Of a stretch of DNA of 64,000 bases, positions 1 to 10,560 are shown piece by piece (positions within the stretch are counted from its first letter, which is position 1; each line of letters opens with the position of its first letter). Under the pieces are notes generated by a model. It did no database searches and had not been told where the DNA came from. It saw nothing but the letters and a program-made list of their open reading frames with translations. The stretch is from contig NC_086097.1 of NCBI RefSeq assembly GCF_963921235.1, positions 72,790,001-72,854,000 of the forward strand, written 5' to 3'. The stretch is from Mobula hypostoma (lineage: Eukaryota). The translations under genes were made by a program, and so were the position numbers.

Positions 1-1665
1 GTTCTGGTGGGGACCAACACCCCTCTTGTGAGGAGGCTCATGGGGGCCTGCAAGGAGAAGGCAGGTGAGAGCTTTCTGGGAACATTGTCCATGCACCCCT
101 GTATCAGGCTGCTTTTGAGTAAGTGCATGGCTGCATCGAGCCGGATACCGAATTTAGATGAGGGACTGTGTGGTTCACCCAGTCGAAGCTGATCGTGTTA
201 CAGCCAGGGAAGTAGCGAGGGTGATGGGGACCCCCAAATTTCCCAGAATGCCTGAGGGTGAAGCCCTCTTAGTGGACGCTCCAGAGGACCACGAGAGGGA
301 GTTGGGATTTGCTGCTGGGGTACTGGTGAGGCCCAAACTGCAGAAGCCCTTGGTTGTACAGGCGAGCAGGATGGCAGTGATTGTCAGGAACACTACGACG
401 AGGGAGGTCATCTTCAAGCGGGGGATGCCCCTGGCGCATCTGTTCCCGGTGACGGTAACGTCTGTCATCCTGGTGATACACGCCGGGGAGAAACCCTCTG
501 TAAAGGGGAGCAAGTTGACTGCAGAGTCATTCAACTTTGGGGACACCCTGGTACCTGCGGGTTGGAAGAGAAGGTTGATAGAGAAGATGTTGACACTTTT
601 CCACTGACGAGTTTGATGTGGGTTGTTCCAAAAGCACTCGCCACACTATCTGGGTGACCGGAGACACCTCGTTTAGAGAGAGGTCATGGCGACTGGCCCC
701 TGCAGAGGTGGAAGACATTCGGCAGCATTTGTGTAAATTGAAGGAAGCTGGGATCATCACAGAGTCCCGAAGCCCCTATGTATCCCCAACATTAGTAGCC
801 AGAAAGAAGAATGGGAAGGTACAGATGTGTGTGGACTATAGGACTCGGAACAGGTGTACTGTCCCCGACAAGTATACGATCCCAAGGATTGAAGCTGCGC
901 TGGCCTGTCTGAGTAGTGCTAAGTGGTTCAGTGTGCTGGACTTGAGGAGTGGATATGACCAGATCCCCATGAGTGAAGCTGATAAAGAGAAGACGGCATT
1001 AATATGTCAATTAGGGTTCTTCCATTTCGAAAGGATGCCCCAGGATGTATTGGGAGCCCTTACGACCTTCCAGCATGTCATGGAGAAAACAGGGCGGGGA
1101 TATGGACTTGCTTGAGGTATTGGTGTATCTGGATGACCTCATAGTGTTTGGGTCCACCTTGGAAGAACATGAAGTGAGGCTACTAAAAGTGCTGGGCCGG
1201 CTGGAAGCTGAATGATTTAAACTTTCCCTGGACAAGTGCCAGTTCTGTAAGACGTCTGTTAGCTATGATGGGCACATAGACTTAGAGGATGGAGTAGACA
1301 TAGATCCGTCTAAGATAGAGGTGGTGACCACCTGGCCAAGGCTCCAGACTGTGAGCACTTTGCACTCATTCCTTGTGCTCTGTGGTTACTATCGGAGGTT
1401 TGTGCGGAGCTACACGAAAGTGAGTCACCCGTTGAAACACCTTCTGTGTGGTTACGCTCCCTTGGGGAAGAAAAGGAGGAGGACAAAAGGAGAGGAGGGT
1501 AAAGAGTATCTTAGCCCTTCAGAGCCTTTTGGACCGAGGTGGGATGCAAAATGTGAAGAGGCCTTTCAGTCACTGAAGGAGATGCTGACCCAGACACCTG
1601 TGCTGGCTTTCGCAGACCCCCGATTGCTATATGTACTGCATACGGATGCCAGCAGAGAGGACTTA
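1..1665 (+). mobile_element. pol: Ty3/Gypsy LTR retrotransposon A, disrupted pol (protease linker, RT, start of RNase H)
   Basis: ORFs 618-1115 ([31 protein letters not shown]), YLDD at 1126-1137, and 1321 onward (FLVLCGYYRRFV, TPVLAFADP, LHTDAS). Frameshifts and stops are present; truncated just after the RNase H DAS motif. Confidence 0.93.
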
Positions 1666-1667
1666 AA

Positions 1668-1800
1668 AAAGTGTGTGAAGCTGTGGTGGAGGCTACTGGG
1701 AAAACTTCTGGCCACTTTAAAGCTGTATCCACTATTACCAAGAAACTTGTGCCCAAGAATGGTCCTGAAAAATCAACATGAATCCTTTGCCAGGGCAATG
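1668..1800 (-). mobile_element. Gypsy B integrase core, N-terminal fragment in inverted orientation
   Basis: Minus ORF 1511-1798 begins PWQRIHVDFSGPFLGTSFLVIVDTALKWPEVFPVASTTASHT, the typical start of the rve integrase core. Confidence 0.85.
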
Positions 1801-1961
1801 CGTTGTTACAAGAATCACCTCTTGTAGTAATGATTAGTGAGGCACAAAAAGATCTGTATTTTACAGCACCTTTAGTGTCTCAGCAGAAGAAAAGGTGAAC
1901 TTACACATCTGATACCAGTGTACACGCCAACTAAGTTTTCCTGACCTTCCATGAATAGTCA

Positions 1962-2780
1962 CAGAACTGGTGTTCCAAAGCACTTAGTCAGAGACAAAGG
2001 ACTACAGTTTGTTGTGGAACAGTTTCAGTCATTCCTGAAAATGAATGGCATAAGACAAATTACATCTGTACTGTACCACCCAGCTCTAAATGGCTTGGTG
2101 GAAAGGTTTGTTCAGAGTTTAAAGAACTGACTACGAATGTTGTCAGCAGAACACACTACACTGAGACTGAATCAGAAGCTTGCCAATTTCCTCCATACAT
2201 TACGCAATGCAGCACACTCCCCAACCAACAACTCCCCAGCCATGCTATCCTAAGATTTTCCCTTGCACTCATGCTTTGACCTTCTCAAGCCCAATCTCGG
2301 AGTGTGCCAGACAAACAACTGAGACAAATTAAGGGCTCCTCAAACAAACAGATTTGATGTTTCACTTCTGAGCAAGCAATTCTGGTGAGGGAGTAGAGAT
2401 GATCAAAAGTGGGTGATTGAAAAGATGAAGGACAGAACTGGACGACTCTCCTGCACAGTGGAGATTGCATCTGATGTCATCTGGAGATGACACATCGATG
2501 AGTTGAGGAGAGCAGAGTCAATTGCTAGAGAAGGAAGTTGTGCAGAGCTGTCAGAACTATGTACTGCCGTTTCAGAGTCAATTCATACAAAAGCTGGAGG
2601 AGGTCCACAAAAGTAAGAAATCCTCCACAGAGATTAAATCTTTAGGCCTAAATGGGACAATTTAAAAATTCCAATGCTGTGGGCGTTGTATTATATAATA
2701 GTCACTTGCATAGTTTTATATATATAAAAAATTAAGATGCTTTCTATTTGAGTTGGAGTTTATTGTTAAGCAGAGAAAAG
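1962..2780 (+). mobile_element. Gypsy B integrase core and C-terminus, 3' UTR and polypurine tract
   Basis: Translates RTGVPKHLVRDKGLQFVVEQFQSFLKMNGIRQITSVLYHPALNGLVERFVQSLK and ends RNPPQRLNL*. Purine tract AAGCAGAGAAAAG lies immediately before TGTTGTG. Confidence 0.85.
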
Positions 2781-2781
2781 T

Positions 2782-2883
2782 GTTGTGTGTTAATATTTCA
2801 GTAATATTGTAAAGATATTGCTTGATTATGCAGTCTTTGTTTTTTATATAATTCATTGTGGATTATCTGTAAAAATATGTGAA
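2782..2883 (+). mobile_element. Gypsy B 3' LTR, left part
   Basis: Starts TGTTGTG after the PPT and aligns by eye with the solo LTR at 48243 up to TATGTGAA. Confidence 0.7.
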
Positions 2884-2899
2884 GAGCCCCCACGAATTC

Positions 2900-5800
2900 C
2901 TTATTTCTTATTCCTTTTTTCTTATTTAACTCTTGAGAAAAGAGGAGTTACGTCTGCAGAGCCAGATTTCTGTTCAGGGTGTCAGATGTGGGATTTCGGG
3001 AGGCTATCAGCCTCCCCGATGGCCACATCTGCACAAGGTGCATCGAGTTGCAGCTCTTTAGACACCGTGTTCAGGAACTGGAGCTGCAGCTCGATGACCT
3101 TCAGCTTGCTAGGGAAAGTGAAGAGGTGACAGACAGGAGCTACAGGGTGGTAGTCACCCCAAGGCTACAGCAGGCAGATAAATGGGTGACTGTCAGGAGA
3201 GGGAAGGGAGAATGGCAGATAGTAGAGAGCACCCCTGTGGTAGTTTCCTCCAACAATAAGTACTCCATTTTGAGTACAGTTGGTGGGGATGATCCACCTG
3301 GGGGAAAGCAACAGCAGCCTTGCCTCTGGCACTGAGTCTGGCCCTGTGGTGTAGAAGGGTAAGGAACTGAAGCAGATAGCAGCAGTAATAGGGACTCTAT
3401 AGTTAGGGGGACAGATAAGCAATTTTGTGGATGCGAAAAAGAAACCTGGATGGTAGTTCACCTCCCAGGTGCCAGGAATGTTTCTGAACGCATCCACAAT
3501 ATCCTGAAAAAGGAAGGTGAGCAGCCAAAAGTCATGGTACATATTGGTACCAATGACATAGGTAGAAAAAAGGAGGAGGTGCTATAAACAGAATACAGGG
3601 AGATAGGAAGGAAGCTGAGAAGCAGGACATCAAGAGTAGTAATCTTGGGATTACAACCTGTGCCATGCGACAGTGAGGATAGGAATTGAATGAGGTGGCA
3701 GATAAAAGCTTGGCTAAAGAATTGGAGCAGAGGGCAGTGATTCAGATTTCTGGACAATTAGGACCTCTTGTTGAATGCCTATGAGATGGCTTTTAGAGCA
3801 GCTTGTGCTTGGGCCTAGTCAGGGAAAGGCTATCTTAGATTGGCTCTCGTGTGATAACACAGATGTTATTAGGGAGATTAATGTAAAAAGGAACCCTAAG
3901 GAGGCAGTGATCATACCATGCTTGAATTCATATTGCAATTTGAGAGGGAGAAGCATAAGTCACATGTATCAACATTGCAATGGAATAAAAGGAATTGTAG
4001 AGGCACGAGAAAGGAGCTTGCCCTTGTGGATTGGAGAAGGATACTGGCGGGGGTGAAAGCAGAGCAGAGCTGGCAGAAGTTTCTGGGAATAGTTTGCAAG
4101 GCACAGGATAGATATTTCCCACAGAAGAAGTTGTTTTCAAATGGTAGGGGGTAGCCAACCATGGCTGACAACGGAAGTTAAGGACTGCATAAAAGTCAGG
4201 GAAAGGACATATAGGTAGCAAAAGTGAGTGGGAAGTTGGATGGTTGGGAAGCTTTTAAATCCCAACAAAAGGCAACTAAAAAGCCAAACGAATAGAAAAT
4301 ATCAAACATGAGGAAAAACTAGCCAATGATATAAAGCAGGATACTAAAAGTTTTTTCAGTTATATAAAGAGTGAAAGGGAGGTGAGAGCTGATTTTGGAC
4401 CACTGGAAAATGATGCTGGTGAGGCGGTATTGGGGGACAAAGAAATGGCAGATGAACTTAATGGATACTTTGCGTCTGTCTTCACTGTGGAAGACACTAG
4501 GAGAGTGCCAGAGGTCCGTGAGTGTCAGGAATGAGTGCCATTGATATTACAAAGGAAAAAGTGCTAGGTAAACTCAAAGGTCTTAAGGTGGATAAGTCAC
4601 CTGGACCAGATGGACTACATCCCAGATCCCTGAGAGAAGTTGCTGAAGAGGTAACAGATGCAGTGGTTATGATCTTTCAAGAATCAGTTGATCCTGGCAT
4701 GGTCCCAGAGGACTGGAAGATTACAAATGTCACTCCACTCTTTATGAAGGGATAAAGACAAAAGAAAGGAAATTATAGGCCAGTTAGCCTAACCTCAGTG
4801 GTTGGGAAAATGTTGGAGTCTATTATTAAGGATGATGTTTCAGAGTACTTGGAGACTAATGATAAAATAAGACAACGTCAGCATGGTTTCTGTAAAGAGA
4901 AATCTTGTCTGACAAATCTGTTAGAATTCTTCGAGGAAGTAACAAGCAGGGTGGACAAAGGAGAGGCAGTGGATGTCATTTACTTGGATTTTCAGAAGAT
5001 ATTTGATAAGGTGCCTCACATGAGGCTGTTTCACAAGATAAAATCCTATGCCGTTACAGGAAAGATACTGGTATGGATAGTGGATTAGCTGACAGGCAGG
5101 AAGCAGCAAGTGGGAATAAAAGGGGCCTTTTCTGGTTGGCTGCCAGTGACTAGTGGTATTCCTCAGGGGTCATTATTGGGACCACTACTTTTCACATTGT
5201 TTGTTAATGATTTGGATAATGGAATTGATGGCTTTGTGGCAAAGTCTGTGGATGATACGAAGATAGGTGGAGGGGAAGATAGTGCTGAGGAAACAATGCG
5301 ATTGCAGTAGGACAGTCAAATTGGAAGAATGGGGAAAAAATGGCAGATGGAATACAGTGTTGGGAAATGCATTTTGGTAAAAGGAACAATAGTGTGGACT
5401 ATTATCTAAATGGGGAGAAGGTTCAAACATCAGAGGTGCAGAGGGACTGAGGAGTCCTCGGGCAGAACTTCCAGAAGGCTAATTTACAGGTTGAGTCTGT
5501 GGTAAAGAAAGCAAATGCAATGTTGCTATTTATTTCAAGGGGAATAGAATATAAAAGCAAGGAGATAGTGCTGAGGCTTTATAAGACACTAGTCAGGCCA
5601 TATTCAGAGTACTGTCAACAGTTTTGGGCCCTGTATCTCAGAAAGGACGTGTTGTGTTTGGAGAGCCCAGAGGAGGTTCACGAAGATGATTCCAGTAATG
5701 AAGGGGTTAACATGAGGTGCATTTGGCAACTTTGGACCTGTACTCAGTGGAAGTTAGAAGAATGCAGGGGGTGCCTCATTGAAACCTACTGATTGTTGAA

Positions 5801-6149
5801 AGGACTAGATATGGTGGATGTGGAGAGGAAGTTTCCTATGGTCGGGGTATCCAGAACCAGAGGACACATGCTCAAGATTGAGGGGCGACCTTTTAGAATG
5901 GAGGTGAGGAGGAATTTTTTTAGTCAGAGAGCAGTGAATCTATGGAATGCTCTACCATAGAATGTGTTGGAGGCAAAATCTGTGGGTATATTTAAAGAGC
6001 AAATTGATAGTTTGCTGGTCGGTCAGGGCATCAAAGGATTTGGTGAGAAGGCAGATGTATATGGTTGAATGGGATCCAGGATTAGCCATGATGGAATGGC
6101 AGAGCAGACTCGATTGTCTGAATGGCCTAATTCTGTTCCTATGGTCTTG
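2900..6149 (+). mobile_element. CR1 LINE: ORF1 (zinc finger, coiled coil, SGNH esterase) and decayed ORF2 RT, with an internal deletion near 3770
   Basis: ORF1 motifs HICTRCIELQL, VIGDSIVRGTD and VHIGTND. RT motifs KSPGPDGLHP, QHGF..KSCLTNLLEFF, DVIYLDFQKIFDKVPH, SGIPQGSLLGP. 3' end AATGGCCTAATTCTGTTCCTATG. Confidence 0.95.
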
Positions 6150-6151
6150 AG

Positions 6152-7495
6152 TGTACCCCTCTCACCAGGGCTCTCCAGGATGTTTCAGCTAAAGGAACCT
6201 CAATTTGAGCGAATGCTGTGTAAATACTGCCCGTACACAATTATCAATAGCTCAGAAATGGCTGCTCATATGCCGGCATAAAATTATAAAGAAAGTACAT
6301 TTACCAAATTTACAGTTACAGAAAAATAAAAGGGCCCAGTACAGTTAAACCAGTCAAACCTACACACTGGATAGAAGCTTCCTTCACTGTGCTATTAGAA
6401 TTTGGAACAGCCTTCCAGATGCTGTGGTTGGAAACATCTGCGACGATGGGGTCCAAGCCTTCAATAGTCGAGTGCACAAACACCTATCATCCCTGGGAGG
6501 GAAGTCACATGCTTCTTCATAAGCTATCATGAAGGGGACCAGGATGGCAATGCTTGGTTGTTGGTAGGTAGGGTTAATACATGACTTTCAAGAGCACTTG
6601 TGAGTTACGTTCTGGCTGAACTTAGTCCTTAAACTGCTGGAGAACAGTGCAGAAAGAACAGGTGCTGTTTTCTCCCGGTAGGGATTCGTTTTCAGTTCCA
6701 AGTGCTCCTGCCACATTTTGTCACCCTGCAACCTTATCCTTCAATCTCTTTGAATTATGGAGGACAGCATGTGTATAAATGTCTCTCTTCAGCAGACCTC
6801 ATCATGACTCCAGTATTTCTACTATTCTTTAATATTTCTTAATTGTACACATGATTTTTTTAATGTTCTATTGCTGAGCAGCAGGGAACCATCTGATTGG
6901 CCTATCAGAGTTCTCTTTGGGAACTAGTTGACTTGATCAGCATTTCTGATCTGGCTATTGTTCACGATTGCACTTAATAAAAAAAAATGTGCACACAAAC
7001 ATTGGAGCTCATTTCTCGAATAGTTGGGGTTGTATATCTTTAATCACGTGCTGGACCCACAGTCTGCGTGAAAGCACCCGCCACAGTCTGAATTTCCCTC
7101 AAAGACCATCTCGAAAGAAATGGCTCTCTGAAAAGTATTGGCACATCCTCCTTGGAGCCATTTATCTGCACAAAACACTTCGTGCAACAGGGATTTTCAT
7201 TCCAACGGCATTCAGCAGTGTCTTCCCTTCTGCCCCGCTCCACAGCTCCTGCCAAAAAAACCCCAAACCAGACAACTGTGCTTCAGAAATCTCTTCCTGT
7301 CCAACTCTCTGGAACCGTCTCTATATCCCGCAATCCTGATTGGCTGACACAACATTCCTAAGTTGGACAACATGATTCCTTATCTTTAGCTGAAGCCAAA
7401 ACACTCTTACCAGCAGGACGCTCTACTTTTACAGAAAACTGCTAAAATTCAATACCTCACAGCATAGCAGCAGAAATCTTAGCCAGGGCATTACA
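6152..7495 (-). mobile_element. Probable solo LTR (family C) interrupted by a LINE tail
   Basis: TGTA...TACA termini, no coding capacity, and it abuts the resumed LTR B at 7496. No TSD seen; strand is tentative. Confidence 0.5.
6361..6988 (+). mobile_element. 5'-truncated LINE (CR1/L2-group-like ORF2 C-terminus) with a long 3' UTR and poly(A)
   Basis: 6361-6522 reads YTLDRSFLHCAIRIWNSLPDAVV...AFNSRVHKHL..*; the element ends in AATAAA followed by an A-run at about 6977-6988. Confidence 0.75.
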
Positions 7496-7621
7496 CATAC
7501 ATAACCACACCACCACACCATAAGCGCAGGCCTCAGTAAACTAAAAATGAAGCATACACATGTTACCCCCAGCTCCCCATGCTTTTCTTTCAATTAGTTT
7601 TTGGAGTTACAAAACATAACA
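7496..7621 (+). mobile_element. Gypsy B 3' LTR, right part
   Basis: Resembles the distal part of the solo LTR (48362 onward) and ends TTTTGGAGTTACAAAACATAACA with a canonical CA. Confidence 0.65.
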
Positions 7622-8159
7622 GCCTGGATGTTCCTTTGCCAGTTAATGAATAAAGCTATCGAAGGAGTATTGATTTTTGACTTGAAAATATTTTGCTATG
7701 TAAGTCGTTCATTTAGCGGAACGAAACTGCAGTAGACTAGCACGTACAAAATGTCTGCATTTTCTAGCAATATTTGAACTACTGAATCATGACTGTTCTT
7801 CTTACACCTGCTTCAATGCATTGAGTGATTATCTTATGATAACTAGTGACAACTATGAATGAAAACAGACCAGAATGCTTTCCTGAATAAGTGCTTATCT
7901 TTTGGGAGGTCCTGGGTTTCCTTCTCCGGAACTGTAGAATGGGATTGCTTTCTGTAATGGAGCCAAATTTCATCACTATAGACTTTTAATCAGGAGAAGA
8001 TGACCACAATTGGAATTTTATGATGCTTTGAATAAATCAGTAAGATGGTGGATTGACAGCGTAGAAAGGACCAATGCAAATTCCCCTCCATAATGTCTAT
8101 TTTGCTCATGGCTATATCTTCTAGGATGTACATATCCAATTTGAAAAGGAGGAAAAATC

Positions 8160-8375
8160 ACTCAAATATTAAAAAAAAGTAAACATAATCACATGGAACA
8201 TGAACTGCAGAGTTCCAGAAAGTGATTTCACAGGTGCAGAGGCAGTTCAGTGCTGAGGTGAGTGAAGCCCATATCCAGGGGCCCAGTGGCTGCAGGGCAA
8301 TTAGTGCTTCTGAACACGGCGCGTGGAACCCTCAACTCCTGCACCTCCCACCTGACTGTAGTAGTGAGAAGAGAT
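8160..8375 (-). mobile_element. Decayed Rex1/Babar LINE 3' fragment
   Basis: Similar to the tails at 21820-22020 and 62280-62420. Confidence 0.6.
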
Positions 8376-8563
8376 GGAGACCAGGCAAATGCAGGTAGAC
8401 ACCTCTGAACACCTGTTCATTTTCTGCTCTTGTCCTCGATGATTTTACTCAGCCCACAGGAATGGAGCTGACCATGGGTTCATCTTCCATTATCAGGGCT
8501 TGATGCAGCATTGACTGAAGTGGATGGGCTTCAGCAGCTGGAAACCATGAACATTAACTTAAT

Positions 8564-8604
8564 GATCACTTTATTAGGTACAGCAGGTATCTAATGAAGT
8601 GACC
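8564..8604. repeat. Imperfect palindrome (18-bp arms, 5-nt loop), possibly a collapsed Tc1-type MITE
   Basis: GATCACTTTATTAGGTAC-agcag-GTATCTAATGAAGTGACC, 3 mismatches between arms. Confidence 0.6.
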
Positions 8605-8614
8605 TCGAAGTGTA

Positions 8615-10560
8615 TCTTTCCTCAAATAAAAAGACCAGAATTGCATACAGTACTCCAAGTGCATCCTCAGCAGTACCTGTATATTTGCAGCATAACATCA
8701 CTGTTCTTAAATTCAGTCCCTCTAGTGATGATAGCCAATATTCCCCCTGCCTTCTTGATTATCTGTTACACCTGCAAACCAACTTTTTGTGATTCATGCA
8801 CAAGTTCTCCTAAGTCCCCCTGCATGACAGCACTTTGCAATTTTTCACCATTTAAATAATCTAATCTTCTATTTTTTCTTCCAAAACGGATGAGCTTGCA
8901 TTTACCAACATTGTACTCTACACGTGCTTGCTAGACCCCAGCCACTCAATTCACCTACCGATAGCTCTTTGCAGACTTGCCACGTCCTCTGCTCAATTTG
9001 CTTTTCCATTCAATTTAGTGGCATCAGCAAATTAAGAAATGCTACACTGCATCCCCTTCCAAATCGATAATGCATATCATGAACAGCTCCTGCACCAACC
9101 TCTGTGGCTCTCTGGTCACCACTGCCTGCCAGCCAGAGACACCCATTTATGCCAGCTGTTCGCCTTCTATTAATTAACTAGTCCTACTCATGCTGGTACA
9201 TTACCCTCATCTCCATGCATCCTTATTGTATGGATAAGTTTTTTATGTGGCAGCTTATCAAATGCCTTCTGGAAATCCAAGTATACAACGTTCACCTGTT
9301 CCCCTTTATCCTGTATGCTCACTACATCCTCAAAGAAGTCTAGAATGTTTATCAATCAGGACCGGCTCTTCTAAATCCATGCTGTGCTTCCTTGATGGAA
9401 CCACTTCTATCTAGATATCTTGTTATTTCTTCCTCAGTGATAGCTTCAAGCATTTACTAACTGCAGAGATTAAGTTAGCTGGCCTACAGTTGTCCACCTT
9501 TTGCCTACACCCTTTTTTAAACAGTGGCATGACATTCACTATCTTCCAATCTGCAGAGAACTGCCCAGATTTGTGAAGTTTTGTAAATGATCACAAATGT
9601 TTCTGCTATAATGCCCACCATTTCTTTTGGTAACCTGAGATGCATCCCATCAGAACCAAGGGTCCTGTCTACCTTTAGACCCACTAGTTTGCTCATCACT
9701 ACCTCTTTGATGACAGCAATTGTATTGAGGTCTTCACCTTCCATCACAACCATAACATCTCACCTTAGCATGTTAGGTGTGTACTCCAGTCTGAAGATTG
9801 ACACAAAAGTCTTTCAAGGCCTTGGCCGTTTCCACATTACCCAATATTTATTCCTCCATCTCATAGTCCAAGGGATCTAAGCTACCCTTTTCCACTTTAT
9901 ATAATTATAAACACTTACGCTATCTGTTTTTATATGTTGTGAAAGTTCACTCTCATAATCTATCTTCCTTTTCCTTATTGCTTTGTTGCTTTTTACAGTT
10001 TTCCCAATCTTCCAATTTCCCACTACACATGGTGACCTCATATGCATGAAATTTTAGTTTGACGCCTTCTTTTATCTCTTTAGTTATCCAAGGCCTGCTC
10101 TCCTCTGTCTTCAATTTTACCTGGAATATATTTCGGTACGGCACTGTGAAAAATCTCTTTAAAATTCTTCCACTGTTCCTCAACTGTCCCACCATATAGT
10201 CATTGCTCCCAATCTACCTTAGCTAGCTTGTCCCTCATTCCATTGTGGTCTCCCTTGTTTAGGCATAATACTCTGGTGTTAGCTTGAACCCTTCATATGA
10301 ATGAGAAGTTCACTTATACTGTGATCATTCTTTCCAACAGTATCTCTGACTACAAGATCAGTAATCCCATTGCACAGGACCAGATCTAAGACAATATTTT
10401 TCCTTGTAGGTTTGCTAGCTTGCCATTCAAGAAAGCTATTATGGATGCATTCTATGAAGTCCTCCTTAAGACTGCCGCAACCAATTCGATTCACCAAATC
10501 TATTTGCAGGTTAGAGTCCCTGTGACAACTGCTGTTCCATTCTTACAAGCAGCAGATATT
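8615..10560 (-). mobile_element. Decayed CR1 ORF2 (RT and endonuclease C-terminus); continues at 12870-13410
   Basis: Minus ORFs LVGLKVDRTLGSDGMH, RPWITKEIKE, DFIECIHNSFLE..VLDLVLCN..GKNDH. Confidence 0.9.

Noticed and set aside
2882..2891. TGGGGGCTC on the minus strand as a tRNA-Pro primer-binding site
   Set aside because: Only 9 nt match and it is not adjacent to a defined LTR end.
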